A DNA stretch of 64,000 bases from a bacterium (GCA_021836035.1 JAKBJL010000001.1:138142-202141); one strand, 5' to 3'; numbered from the stretch's first letter, positions 38,004 through 47,670 are shown. Made by a program: numbers and translations. Notes: generated by a model not told the origin, from the sequence alone.

Positions 38004-40706
38004 ATGGCCCAGACGAAAGCGGATACACCGATCGTTTCTGTTCCGGCAGGAAACGGTCCTGTTTTTAAGATTTCCGAATTGCAAAAATTGCGGGCACGCC
38101 GTCACGGTCCGGCGAAAAATAGATTAGCCGAAGCGCTCCGCCGGTCTATTTTAACTTACAACAAAAATCTTTTCCGGCGTCTGGCTTTAGCTCCCGGCGA
38201 CGAAAATGTGCAGACAGTGGTGGACAACTATATCGATGACGTTACGGATAATGTGGCCCAGGAACTGGCAAACGGCCGGGGACTGGAAGAAACGGTAGCG
38301 GAAACCCTGCGGGAGAATATTACGGAAGAAGAAAATATTTCCTGGGAGCCGCAGGCGGTTGCGGAAACGGCCAAGGAAGTAGCCGAAGTTGTCGACCCGG
38401 CGACAATTGCAGAGACTATTGCCGAGGAAAGAGCCCAGGAGCAAACACAGGAGGAAGAACAAGTTCCAGCACAAGGGCAAGCGGAGGGGGAAAAAGAAAA
38501 CATTCCGCCCTTAATCTTTCGGGGCTATACGCCGCCGACCAGCCAGAGACAGGAGGCCCGGACTGCGGCACCGAAAGAAGCACCTATTCACTATACCCCG
38601 GGGGTAGGTACCGGAGCCGGTGAGAAAAAACTGACGAAAGCCCGGGAGGAGATCAAAAGCCTACGGGAACGTTACGAGAAAGAGGAGCCCTCCCTTTTAC
38701 AGTCGCCGGGTCGGAGTTTGGGGCGGATCGCCGGCAGATTTGGGATTCAACTGGGACGCCGTGGACAGGTTGTTTCTCCAGAGCCGGAAGAAGGGTTTTT
38801 ACCCGGAGTACCTATGGCTCCGGTTTCTGCAGCAGCGGCAGGGAAGGAAGCCGGAAGACCCGGAACCCTTCCCGCGAAAATGCCGGATATCCAACCGGCG
38901 CAAACGGAAACAGCCCGCGAGAAAACGGCGGCAAAAGTGGCAAAAATCCAAGCCCGGCGCGAAGCCATGCTCCGCCCGGAAACCCAGGAAGCTTTGGGCG
39001 AACCGGAAGGTATCTACGGGGCTGTCCCGGGGGAACGGCCCCGAACGGCTCAGGAATTTATCCGCCAAACCCACCGCGAAAGCCCTGAGGAAATCAGGAT
39101 ACGGGCCCCGGGACCTGCCGGCTGGCTAAGCAGTATCAAAGACCGGATTTTTACCAGCCTGGGGTTGGGAAAGAAAAAAACCGCGGAAAAAGTCGCCGGT
39201 ACGGTAACGGCAGCCGCTAAGATCGCCGCCGGTAAAGAAGCACTGGCCGGGACGGGGAAAATTTTAATTTCGGCAGCGGCTAAGAAATTTGCCGGAACTG
39301 CATTGGGGACAATTCTGGGGGGACCGGTAGGGGCTGCTCTGGCCTGGGGGATCACGCTGGTAGCCGATAGACTATGGCCCGAAATTAAAAAACTATTAAA
39401 GGTTTTGGGCGGAGCGGCCGGTGCGGCATTTATGATGCTTATGACCCTTCTGGCCAAAGCCGGTTTGGCCGGTTGGGTTGCAGGCGGAGCCTTAACAGGA
39501 GCCTTAATTGGTAGTTTTATTCCTGGTGTCGGGACCATCGGCGGTTTTATCATCGGTGGTTTTGTCGGCGGGGTAGCGGGATATATTTCCCAGATGGTGG
39601 CGGCTACTAGCGCTGCCGGGGCGGGAGCAGGAGGGGTTGCGGCAACGGCGGCGACGGCTATCAGCGGTACCGTTCCTTCCCTGATGGGAATTGCGACCGG
39701 CTTAGGGGGAACGGGTCTTTTGGGAACTGCCGCCGTTTCTATTACTACGGGCCTGTCGGCAACTTTTCTTACCGCTACGATGCTTTTGGGCCTGCGCGAT
39801 GCGGTTTATCAGGATCCGGTTTATAACGCTCAGGTCGGAGCTGATATCGCCGCGCCGGTCGGGGTTTATGTAAAGAAGGTTGGTTCACCGGATACGGTAG
39901 CAAATGATCAGATCGGCAAAACGGAAATTGCCTATCTAGCCGATGTCGTTCAGGCCAGGCAAATTAAAAGCGCGACCGTCAAAGACGAAATTATTATTAA
40001 TAAAAAGGGAACTCCCGGCACCCCGATCGTTATTTTCGGTCCGCAACCATACCAGCAGGGCAAAATGTACGATTATAAAATGCCTCTGACTCCCCAAATG
40101 CAGGATTCGTTGGTAATTAATAAATTCACCATTGAAGGAACTATGGTTAATTCTGTCGGAAAGGAAGAACAGTTTACCGCCTCCGCTTCTTTCCCGATCA
40201 AAGTCGGTACGCCGTCTATGGAAGTTTTTTCCTGCCCGGTAATTAGCGGCCGGCTGTGCGAACACTCCTTAAGTAATGGTTCACCGGCTCATTGCGACAC
40301 CAATTATCGGAGCAATCCGGAACTAGATCGGATTTGCCCGGGAGGAACGAATTATTGGCAGGGCAACGAAACGGCTATTGATGTTTGTTCCACCCAGGGC
40401 GCGCCTGTTTATTTACCCTCAATTGACGGGCAGGCGGTTAATTGGCATTATGAACATGACGGCAATGATAATAATTACCCCGGCCAAAAGTACCGCCAAT
40501 TTTCGGCGACGGTTAACGGCGTTCCCTATGTTTTACAATTGCACCACATGATTAATGAGCAGGTAACCGCCAGCACTCTGGCTTCCGGGACAGTGGTAGG
40601 ACACTTGGCAGCATTTCCCGGCGGCAATACGCCGCATTCCCATATTCAGATCAAACGTAACGGCACTTTTATCTCCGCCGAAGAAGTTTTTAAAGGCTGC
40701 CTGTAA
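38004..40706 (+). CDS. 900-aa membrane protein: charged N-terminus, Gly/Ala-rich hydrophobic core, C-terminal M23-like domain
   Basis: Long GxxxG-rich hydrophobic tract; C-terminal AIDV..GAPVY.P, LHHM, GTVVG, TPHSHI (HxH). Confidence 0.7.
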   Translation: MAQTKADTPIVSVPAGNGPVFKISELQKLRARRHGPAKNRLAEALRRSILTYNKNLFRRLALAPGDENVQTVVDNYIDDVTDNVAQELANGRGLEETVAETLRENITEEENISWEPQAVAETAKEVAEVVDPATIAETIAEERAQEQTQEEEQVPAQGQAEGEKENIPPLIFRGYTPPTSQRQEARTAAPKEAPIHYTPGVGTGAGEKKLTKAREEIKSLRERYEKEEPSLLQSPGRSLGRIAGRFGIQLGRRGQVVSPEPEEGFLPGVPMAPVSAAAAGKEAGRPGTLPAKMPDIQPAQTETAREKTAAKVAKIQARREAMLRPETQEALGEPEGIYGAVPGERPRTAQEFIRQTHRESPEEIRIRAPGPAGWLSSIKDRIFTSLGLGKKKTAEKVAGTVTAAAKIAAGKEALAGTGKILISAAAKKFAGTALGTILGGPVGAALAWGITLVADRLWPEIKKLLKVLGGAAGAAFMMLMTLLAKAGLAGWVAGGALTGALIGSFIPGVGTIGGFIIGGFVGGVAGYISQMVAATSAAGAGAGGVAATAATAISGTVPSLMGIATGLGGTGLLGTAAVSITTGLSATFLTATMLLGLRDAVYQDPVYNAQVGADIAAPVGVYVKKVGSPDTVANDQIGKTEIAYLADVVQARQIKSATVKDEIIINKKGTPGTPIVIFGPQPYQQGKMYDYKMPLTPQMQDSLVINKFTIEGTMVNSVGKEEQFTASASFPIKVGTPSMEVFSCPVISGRLCEHSLSNGSPAHCDTNYRSNPELDRICPGGTNYWQGNETAIDVCSTQGAPVYLPSIDGQAVNWHYEHDGNDNNYPGQKYRQFSATVNGVPYVLQLHHMINEQVTASTLASGTVVGHLAAFPGGNTPHSHIQIKRNGTFISAEEVFKGCL

Positions 40707-40738
40707 AAGGCTCCTTATCGTAGCCAAGGGACGGATTA

Positions 40739-41488
40739 TCAATATTCCGGCAGCGGCCCACTATTAGCTATAGGGGTAGCCATCTCGCTCCGTTTTTTAC
40801 GGAAGGGTTTTACTGCGGTAAGGAGGAAATAATTAGACAGCAATGAGACTCCCATAGCAGCCTGAACCAGTAAACGTCTCAGGGGAGAACGGTTCGGGAA
40901 AAGCCTAAAAACGTTGGGGTCGACTAATTTAATTCCTTCAGGAGCTAGGAATAAATTGTAGGAATTTCTTAAGGGGAAAATAATTCTTTTCGCTCTTTGG
41001 CTGAGGGTTCGGGATTTAGAATCTTCCGCATCGCTTCCGATAAGATCGTAGAACACCCCCGTTTTTATAAAGCAGCGAAGGGAATCCAGGCAAAGAGAAC
41101 GCAAGGTGTCGAGGTTGTTTTGGTCTAAACTTAAAATTCCTTGAAAACCAAGATTTTTTAAAGGGACTCCTTTCACAAATTTTTGTGTCCGGACAATATG
41201 GGAGCTTTCCGGTTCTGTACCCTGGGCGAGGACATATTCTTGCGGAACGATGGCTTTCTGACTATGGGGGCTTGCTATTTCCCGGGCAATTTCTTCCAGG
41301 CGCCTGAACTCTAGGGTTTTATTCAGAGCTTCCTGTACCGGTTTAGCCGGTACTTTTTGCTTGCCAATTTTTACGACCGGTTTTTCCTTTTGGGCGGGAA
41401 GGAAGACGTTGGTACCGACGCTTTCTGTTTGCCGGGGGTGCCCGGAGAGATCAAAAGGCAGAAAGGGATTTTCCCCAGAATGATCCAT
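40739..41488 (-). CDS. Hypothetical protein, possible atypical protein-kinase-like fold
   Basis: Ordered motifs VVKIG, QKFVKG.PL, DLIG...SYNLFL, IKLVD; C-terminal hydrophobic helix. Confidence 0.5.
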   Translation of the reverse strand: MDHSGENPFLPFDLSGHPRQTESVGTNVFLPAQKEKPVVKIGKQKVPAKPVQEALNKTLEFRRLEEIAREIASPHSQKAIVPQEYVLAQGTEPESSHIVRTQKFVKGVPLKNLGFQGILSLDQNNLDTLRSLCLDSLRCFIKTGVFYDLIGSDAEDSKSRTLSQRAKRIIFPLRNSYNLFLAPEGIKLVDPNVFRLFPNRSPLRRLLVQAAMGVSLLSNYFLLTAVKPFRKKRSEMATPIANSGPLPEY

Positions 41489-41499
41489 AATTTATTGTA

Positions 41500-43758
41500 C
41501 TAGATTTTGTCTGTCCGGTGAATCGGGGGCCAGGAAGTACTTATCAGCAGTTTTTCCGGGGAGAACTGGTCCCAAACCGCCTCGGTGACAAAAGGGATAA
41601 AAGGGTGGAGCAGTTTAAGGATAGTAAGATAGGAATTTTTCAGTACCGAATAAGAAAGCAGGCCCTTTTTATACTCCTCAATATATTTGTCAGCCAGTTC
41701 GTGCCAGGTAACGCGATAAAGTTCTTCAGCGGCCTGGCCGAAACGGTAAGTCCTTAAATAGTCTGTGGTTTGCCTTACCAAATTTTTAACCAGCAATTCC
41801 AGGGCGGCATCGCCCGGCGATTTGGCCGTTAAATCCTTTTTTATTTTATCACTGCTTAAAAACCGTCCCATGTTCCAGATTTTATTAGCAAAGTTGCGGT
41901 AACCGATAATTTTTTCCTCGCTTAGGGCAATATCGCCGCCGGGGGTGACGCCGGCTGTAAGGGCCATGCGGAGCGCATCGGCGCCGTATTTATCGACCAT
42001 AATAATCGGGTCAATGACATTGCCGCGGCTTTTGCTCATTTTTTGACCGGTCCGGTCTACCACACGGGCATGAAGGTGGATTACCCGGAAAGGGGCCTCA
42101 CCGGTTAGGTAAAGCCCGAACATCATCATTCGTCCGACCCAGAAAAATAATATGTCCCACAGCGTATCTAAAACAGAAGTAGGATAGAAATATTCAAAAT
42201 CCCCGGAGCTTTCCTCGGGATGCGCAACATTATAACCCAGAGTAGTTAAAGGCCACTGGCCGGAGAGAAACCAGGTATCAAAAGTATCGGTCTCCTGGAG
42301 GGTCTGTTCGCTGTGGCATTTTTGGCACGGACCCGGTTCCAACTGGTAAACCGCGTCCTGAGGAGCTATCAGGGTTTGAAGTCCCCGGCTTATTTCCGCG
42401 AAGGGATAATTTTCTTTTAATACCCGGTAAGGACCGCTGACTTTCTCGCCCCGGGAACTGATAAAACCGATTTGAATTTCCGCGTTGCAGTCCAGGCAGT
42501 ACCAAACGGGAATACGTGGCCCCCAGACAATCTGACGGGAAATATTCCAGTCTTTTATGTTTTCCATCCAGTCGAAGTACATTTTGGCAAAGCGTTTTTG
42601 GGGGACGATTTTGGTTTTGCCCGTTTTGATCGCGGCAATCGCCGGTTCAGCCAGCGATTTGGTTTTAACAAACCACTGCGGCAAAAGCAGGGGTTCAATG
42701 ACGGTCCCACAGCGGTAGCAGATGCCGACAGCGTGCGTCAGCGGCTCTTTTTTGATAAGCGCTCCGCTTTTTACCAGGAGTTCCAGGATCTTTTCCCGGG
42801 CGGCCGGGATTTTTAATCCGGAAAGCGTTTCTAATATCGCTTTCTCGCGCAGCCCGTTAAAACGCGGGTCCGAAAAATCCAGGCGGCCGGCACGGTCGAC
42901 TATGGAAATTACCGGAAGATGATGGCGGCTGCCGATTTCGAAATCCAGCGGGTCATGGCCCGGGGTTACTTTTAGGGCGCCGCTACCGAATTTAATATCG
43001 ATCGCCGGGTCGGTAATGATGGGAATGGTTAAATTAAGAAGGGGAATGGTAGCTTGTTGTCCCGGGAGTTTCAGATAGCGTTTGTCCTTGGGGTTAATCG
43101 CAACGGCCGTATCGGCAAATATAGTCTCCGGACGGGTGGTAGCTACAGAGACGGGGCCGTAGTTTAGATAGTATAAAAAGTCAGACCGTTCCTGGTAATC
43201 CACTTCCAGCTCTGAGAAAGCCGTGCCGCAGCGGGGACAATAATTTACCAGGCGCTGTCCGCGGTAGAGTAATTTATCATGGTATAATTTCCGGAATGTA
43301 GCCAGAACGTTTTCCACGATCTGCGGCTCCAGGCTGTAGTGGTAACGGGTCCAGTCCAGGGAAAAACCCAGACGCTTGAGTTGGTTTTTGTTTAACTCCC
43401 GGTTTTTTTCCACAAACCCCCAAACCATCTTAAAGAGCGTCTCCCGGTCGAAATCAAAGCGGCTTTTGCCCTCTTTTGCCAGATGTTTCTCATAAACATA
43501 CTGTGTTTCGATACCGGCATGATCGGCCCCGGGCAGCCATAAAGTGGGATCGCCAAGCATACGGTGGTAGCGGGCCAAGATATCCCCAACGGTAAAAAGG
43601 GCATGGCCCATATGCATCGGGTCATTGGCATTCGGCAGCGGCAGGAGAATGGTGAAAGGTTTTTTTTGTGGATTTATTTGCGGCGTAAAAGCTCCGCTTT
43701 CTTCCCAGCGGTGATAAATTTTTTCTTCTATTGCCCGGTGATCATATTTTGGTTCCAT
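41500..43758 (-). CDS. valS: Valine--tRNA ligase (short form)
   Basis: HMGHA, GADHAGIETQ, ATTRPET, DWNISRQ..WG, DTFDTWF, KMSKS, LHPFIPFVTE. Confidence 0.97.
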   Translation of the reverse strand: MEPKYDHRAIEEKIYHRWEESGAFTPQINPQKKPFTILLPLPNANDPMHMGHALFTVGDILARYHRMLGDPTLWLPGADHAGIETQYVYEKHLAKEGKSRFDFDRETLFKMVWGFVEKNRELNKNQLKRLGFSLDWTRYHYSLEPQIVENVLATFRKLYHDKLLYRGQRLVNYCPRCGTAFSELEVDYQERSDFLYYLNYGPVSVATTRPETIFADTAVAINPKDKRYLKLPGQQATIPLLNLTIPIITDPAIDIKFGSGALKVTPGHDPLDFEIGSRHHLPVISIVDRAGRLDFSDPRFNGLREKAILETLSGLKIPAAREKILELLVKSGALIKKEPLTHAVGICYRCGTVIEPLLLPQWFVKTKSLAEPAIAAIKTGKTKIVPQKRFAKMYFDWMENIKDWNISRQIVWGPRIPVWYCLDCNAEIQIGFISSRGEKVSGPYRVLKENYPFAEISRGLQTLIAPQDAVYQLEPGPCQKCHSEQTLQETDTFDTWFLSGQWPLTTLGYNVAHPEESSGDFEYFYPTSVLDTLWDILFFWVGRMMMFGLYLTGEAPFRVIHLHARVVDRTGQKMSKSRGNVIDPIIMVDKYGADALRMALTAGVTPGGDIALSEEKIIGYRNFANKIWNMGRFLSSDKIKKDLTAKSPGDAALELLVKNLVRQTTDYLRTYRFGQAAEELYRVTWHELADKYIEEYKKGLLSYSVLKNSYLTILKLLHPFIPFVTEAVWDQFSPEKLLISTSWPPIHRTDKI

Positions 43759-43832
43759 TCTGGGCTAATTGTAACAACTAGATCTGAACTTGACAAACAG
43801 CAATCCGGTACTTATGATCGGCCTAACTACCG

Positions 43833-45080
43833 ATGAAGAAGATACCGGGGGTGAATTTTTATTTTTTCCGCCATTGGCGGGTCAGCCTTGGGCTGATATT
43901 TTTTATTTTTTATTTAGTGCCGGCCCCGGTGCTAGCCCAGGGCTATGAGCTGCTTCCCGCCGGGCAGGTTATTGGCTCCGATTTTATCAGAGCCGCCGAT
44001 ACGGTCCAAATTGACGGCGAAATCAAAGGCGACGCTTTTTTAGCCGGCGGGTTGGTGACGGTAAACGGCCCCGTAGACGGCGACCTGTTTGTTGTCGGCG
44101 GCAAAGTCAATATCAACGGCCCGGTGGGTAACAGCATCCGGGTTCTAGCCGGAGATGTTTCCGTTAATAGTACGGTGGGGCGGAATGTCCTCCTCTTGTG
44201 CGGCAATTGTACCGTAACCCGCAGGGCGACAATCTCCGGGAGTTTACTAACCGCCGGCGGCAATCTGGAGTTATCGGCGGCCAAAATCGGCCGCGGCTTT
44301 CGCTTTTTGGGCAGCCGTTTATATTTAAATTCGGAGATTGCCAACGAAGCTTTTGTCGTCGCCGACAGGGAATTTTTACTGGGGCCAATGGCTTCAATTT
44401 CCGGCAGTTTAAAATATACCGGAAGCACCGAAGCGGTTTTGGAACCGGGGGCTACCGTTGCCGGCAATATTGCTTATCAGAAAACAACCAGGGATGAAAC
44501 TTTCCCGCGCTTTTTCGGTGCCCGGACGGTGCTTTCCTCGTATCAGCGGATTAAACCGCTGACCGACTTCCTGGGTTTTGTCGTTTCGGCAATCATCGGC
44601 TTTATTCTGCTCGGACTTTTTCCCAGGGGTTTTGAGAAAGTGGTATCGGCGATAGAAAATCGGCCTTATGCCAGTTTTGGCTGGGGCATTGTCGTTGTCT
44701 TAATGGTCCCTACTTTAGCCCTGTTGTTTGCGATTACTCTCATCGGGATCCCCGTATCGCTGGTTATTTTACTTCTGGCCTATCTGGCGTGGATTTTAGC
44801 CCAGTATCTGATGGCTTTTTTTATCGGCCGGCGTATTTTATTTGCCCGCTTCGGGGAGCGGCGCGGTTGGGCTCTCGTTTTGGGCCTGTTTTTAATTTAT
44901 TTGGTGGGTCTTGTCCCGATTATCGGAGGGATTGTGAAGCTTATATTGGTGCTCTTTGCCTTAGGAGCGATAATCCTGGCTTACCGGCAACCGGAAATCT
45001 ATATTCAGAAACAATTACCCTTCGATTACCACCCGGCTCCCGAGCGCTCACGAAAAATAAGATTTAAAAACAAAATATAA
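43833..45080 (+). CDS. Beta-helix (bactofilin-like repeat) protein with C-terminal multi-TM domain
   Basis: Signal peptide, repeated GD.F.AGG.V.I.G.V units, ITLIGIP and further TMs; TTGACA-17-TATGAT upstream. Confidence 0.8.
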   Translation: MKKIPGVNFYFFRHWRVSLGLIFFIFYLVPAPVLAQGYELLPAGQVIGSDFIRAADTVQIDGEIKGDAFLAGGLVTVNGPVDGDLFVVGGKVNINGPVGNSIRVLAGDVSVNSTVGRNVLLLCGNCTVTRRATISGSLLTAGGNLELSAAKIGRGFRFLGSRLYLNSEIANEAFVVADREFLLGPMASISGSLKYTGSTEAVLEPGATVAGNIAYQKTTRDETFPRFFGARTVLSSYQRIKPLTDFLGFVVSAIIGFILLGLFPRGFEKVVSAIENRPYASFGWGIVVVLMVPTLALLFAITLIGIPVSLVILLLAYLAWILAQYLMAFFIGRRILFARFGERRGWALVLGLFLIYLVGLVPIIGGIVKLILVLFALGAIILAYRQPEIYIQKQLPFDYHPAPERSRKIRFKNKI

Positions 45081-45094
45081 GAAGGCCCCCCGCT

Positions 45095-45595
45095 TTAAGG
45101 CGTGTTGATTCTTACGCTTTGGGCGGAGACAGAGCTATTAGCGGTTCTGGTGCCGAAAATAGTCACATTTTCCCCGGCCCTCAGGCTTTGTTGGGTGGCA
45201 GAACTAACCTGGGAGTAAGCGGTACCGGTATTAAGCGTCACGTTTAGCGTTTGGCCGTTGGGAAGGGTGACCTGCAGCTGGTTACCGTTAACGTTACTTA
45301 CCTGGCCGCTTAAGCCCCCGGCGCCGCTTCGTAAGCCCAAAGCTCTTCCGCGCCGCCTCAAGGCGCCGTTTCCGAAGGGCTGCATCATCCGCCCGAAGAG
45401 AGCTGGCCGCCTGGAAAGCGCGCCGTTTCTTAAGGCTTGGAATCTTTGTATGCGCCAACCGACAAAAAACGCCAGGGCAGCGATCAGGATAACTAGCAGG
45501 ATGCCCAATAATCCCTTTGTCCAATTACTGGTCTGCCTAACATCCCGCACGTCGGCCGGTTTGTTATTTACTTCAGCGGTGGTTGTGGTGTCCAT
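45095..45595 (-). CDS. Membrane-anchored DUF5666-like OB-fold protein
   Basis: TM, Gly/Arg-rich linker, GQVSNVNG...LRAGENVTIFG...AQSVRI. Confidence 0.7.
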   Translation of the reverse strand: MDTTTTAEVNNKPADVRDVRQTSNWTKGLLGILLVILIAALAFFVGWRIQRFQALRNGALSRRPALFGRMMQPFGNGALRRRGRALGLRSGAGGLSGQVSNVNGNQLQVTLPNGQTLNVTLNTGTAYSQVSSATQQSLRAGENVTIFGTRTANSSVSAQSVRINTP

Positions 45596-45643
45596 ATATT
45601 TATTTACTTATACTGTAGAATTCTGAAAAAACGCTGAAGAATA

Positions 45644-46021
45644 TTATTCTTGGGGGGGAGTTTCCTCGGCCAGGTCTTTGACCATGGCGAAATAGAGATA
45701 TTGTACATCGCGGCTATGGCGCCCGTAAGAGGTTACCCTCAGGCGCAACATATCACCGTGAAGCTCATAATATCTGGCTTCATTGATGGGAATAGCAGTT
45801 CCTTCCTTCGTAACCGGATCTTCACCACCGGAACGTTCATAATAAACATCTCCGACCCTAGGCAAGACTTCTACCCTTAAATTTCCGATCCAATGTAAAC
45901 TGGCGTTCCTATAGAGAGGAAGCCGCTCTCTCTCAATTTCAAAAACTTCCCGTCTGATCTCGCCATGCAAGAGCCTAGCGGCTTTTCCTTTTACTCCCCG
46001 GACAAGCTCGGAAATTAACAT
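45644..46021 (-). CDS. Hypothetical protein
   Basis: 125-aa ORF filling the gap; TTGACA upstream on the minus strand. Confidence 0.6.
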   Translation of the reverse strand: MLISELVRGVKGKAARLLHGEIRREVFEIERERLPLYRNASLHWIGNLRVEVLPRVGDVYYERSGGEDPVTKEGTAIPINEARYYELHGDMLRLRVTSYGRHSRDVQYLYFAMVKDLAEETPPQE

Positions 46022-46193
46022 GGGTAGACATTAACACCGGGCACAGGGCTTGTCAATGGTTGGCACCCAAATTTTAAATAACAGGCAATCCCTAACCCAA
46101 TTTAGTAACCCAGATATTAATTGACACATACTAAAAAGCTGTTAATATGGCCATAACCACACGATATAAAGTGTTGAACGGCAACAGAAAATC

Positions 46194-46535
46194 TTGCAAA
46201 GGGCCCTGCGGGAAATAAAAGCCACCCCCAATATTAAAAGCATATCCCTACCGGAAGAATTATCGACCGCGCGGTGTTGGAGATATGGGATTGATTTGTT
46301 AATTGAAGCTACAGAAAATAATGGGAAAACAGCCCATAAAGCAATTTTAAAAGCATTTTCCGGTGCTGAACCGCCAATTGTTCATAATCGCGGCGAGCCC
46401 CATTGGGGCGGGCAACCCATCGCCGATCCCCACGGCGTCCGACCGTTAGTTTATGACGAGGAGCTTCTGAGTAAATCGCCGGGAGTGAAAGAATCGTTTA
46501 TCAGAGCAAAGAGGCTATTCCCGGACCACGAATAA
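46194..46535 (+). CDS. Hypothetical protein (possibly frameshifted from ATG 46148)
   Basis: 113-aa ORF with TTG start; upstream ATG is out of frame. Confidence 0.45.
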   Translation: MQRALREIKATPNIKSISLPEELSTARCWRYGIDLLIEATENNGKTAHKAILKAFSGAEPPIVHNRGEPHWGGQPIADPHGVRPLVYDEELLSKSPGVKESFIRAKRLFPDHE

Positions 46536-46543
46536 GCCGACTT

Positions 46544-47629
46544 TTAACTGTTAAAGTCCAACCCCGGGTCAGCGTCAACTTTTCCGACAGGAACCGGATG
46601 GTGATTAAAATAAGCCGCGGAGGCGATATAGGCTGCGTTGTCGGTGCATAACTTTATCTTGGGAACATGAATTGCGAATTGCGAACCGTCAAATTGCGAA
46701 TTAAGTTTCTCGCGGAGGCGGGAATTAGCTGCGACGCCGCCGGCCAACAGAACGGACCGGGTACGGAATTTTTCCGCCGCCCGGAGGGTTTTATATACCA
46801 GGACATCGGTGACGGACTCCTGCAGCTCAGCAGCCAGGGCTGATGAAAAGAAGATTTCTTCTGCAGAAGAAATCTTCTTTTTTAGCTCATTAGCCACCGC
46901 AGTTTTGAGGCCGCTGAAACTGAAGTCAAATTGCTTGTCATAAAGCAACGGACGGGGCAATTTAATTTGGAATTTGGAATTTGGAATTTGGAATTTGGAA
47001 GCCGCAGCTTCTATTGCCGGGCCGCCGGGGTAGCCGAGGTTTAACAGCCGGGCACATTTGTCAAAACATTCGCCCGCAGCATCGTCCCGGGTCCCCCCAA
47101 GCCGTTTAAATTTTCCATGGTTTTCCATAAGCACTAATTCCGTATGGCCGCCGCTGACAATAAGAACGACGGCGGGGAATTCCGGCCTCGGGCTATTTGC
47201 CCCGCCCAGCCAATTCGCATAAATGTGGCCGACCAAATGGTTAACGGGAACAAGCGGTTTATTCCAGGCAAGGGCTAAGGCCTTGGCTGTTTCCACGCCG
47301 ACGAGTAAACTGCCGATCAGACCGGGACCGACGGTCACGGCAAGGGCATCTATATCAGAGGCTAGCGGATGGCGGTAAGTATATAGACCGGGTAATATTT
47401 TTTCTTTACGCTTTACGCTAAACGCTTTACGCTCCGGATTTAAGGCTTCATTTATCACCGGAATAATCGCCCTAATTTGTTCCCGCGCGGCTTGTTCGGG
47501 AATAATCCCGCCGTATTTGGCGTGAATTTCCTGCGAACTGGCAACCACATTAGAAACAATTTCCGTGCCATCTTTTACGATAGCAGCTGCCGTTTCGTCA
47601 CAGGAGGTCTCGATAGCGAGGATTGTCAT
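46544..47629 (-). CDS. tsaD: tRNA N6-adenosine threonylcarbamoyltransferase TsaD
   Basis: ILAIETSCDET, GPGLIGSL, NHLVGH, VSGGHT, TRDDAAGECFDK, FSFSGLKT, GGVAAN, CTDNAA. Confidence 0.98.
   Translation of the reverse strand: MTILAIETSCDETAAAIVKDGTEIVSNVVASSQEIHAKYGGIIPEQAAREQIRAIIPVINEALNPERKAFSVKRKEKILPGLYTYRHPLASDIDALAVTVGPGLIGSLLVGVETAKALALAWNKPLVPVNHLVGHIYANWLGGANSPRPEFPAVVLIVSGGHTELVLMENHGKFKRLGGTRDDAAGECFDKCARLLNLGYPGGPAIEAAASKFQIPNSKFQIKLPRPLLYDKQFDFSFSGLKTAVANELKKKISSAEEIFFSSALAAELQESVTDVLVYKTLRAAEKFRTRSVLLAGGVAANSRLREKLNSQFDGSQFAIHVPKIKLCTDNAAYIASAAYFNHHPVPVGKVDADPGLDFNS
46670..46702. repeat. AATTCGC-family heptamers in tsaD
   Basis: + strand aattgcg-aattgcg-aaccgtca-aattgcg-aatt; encodes NSQFDGSQFAI. 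Confidence 0.8.
46964..46998. repeat. Perfect (AATTTGG)x5 microsatellite in tsaD
   Basis: Five exact copies; encodes SKFQIPNSKFQI. Confidence 0.95.
47361..47433. repeat. Inverted pair of TTTACGC-family heptamer arrays in tsaD
   Basis: tttacgc-tttacgc-taaacgc-tttacgc (47405-32) facing degenerate complementary units at about 47361-88; encodes ERKAFSVKRKEKILPGLYTYRHPL. Confidence 0.75.
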
Positions 47630-47670
47630 ATTATATAGGCAAATTCTACTACAAATGGTAAGATAAAATT

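Noticed and set aside
45030-45056. PERSR-encoding segment resembling the lepA hairpin arm
   Set aside because: Only about 9 bp (TCCCGAGCG) match and there is no partner arm or heptamer flank.
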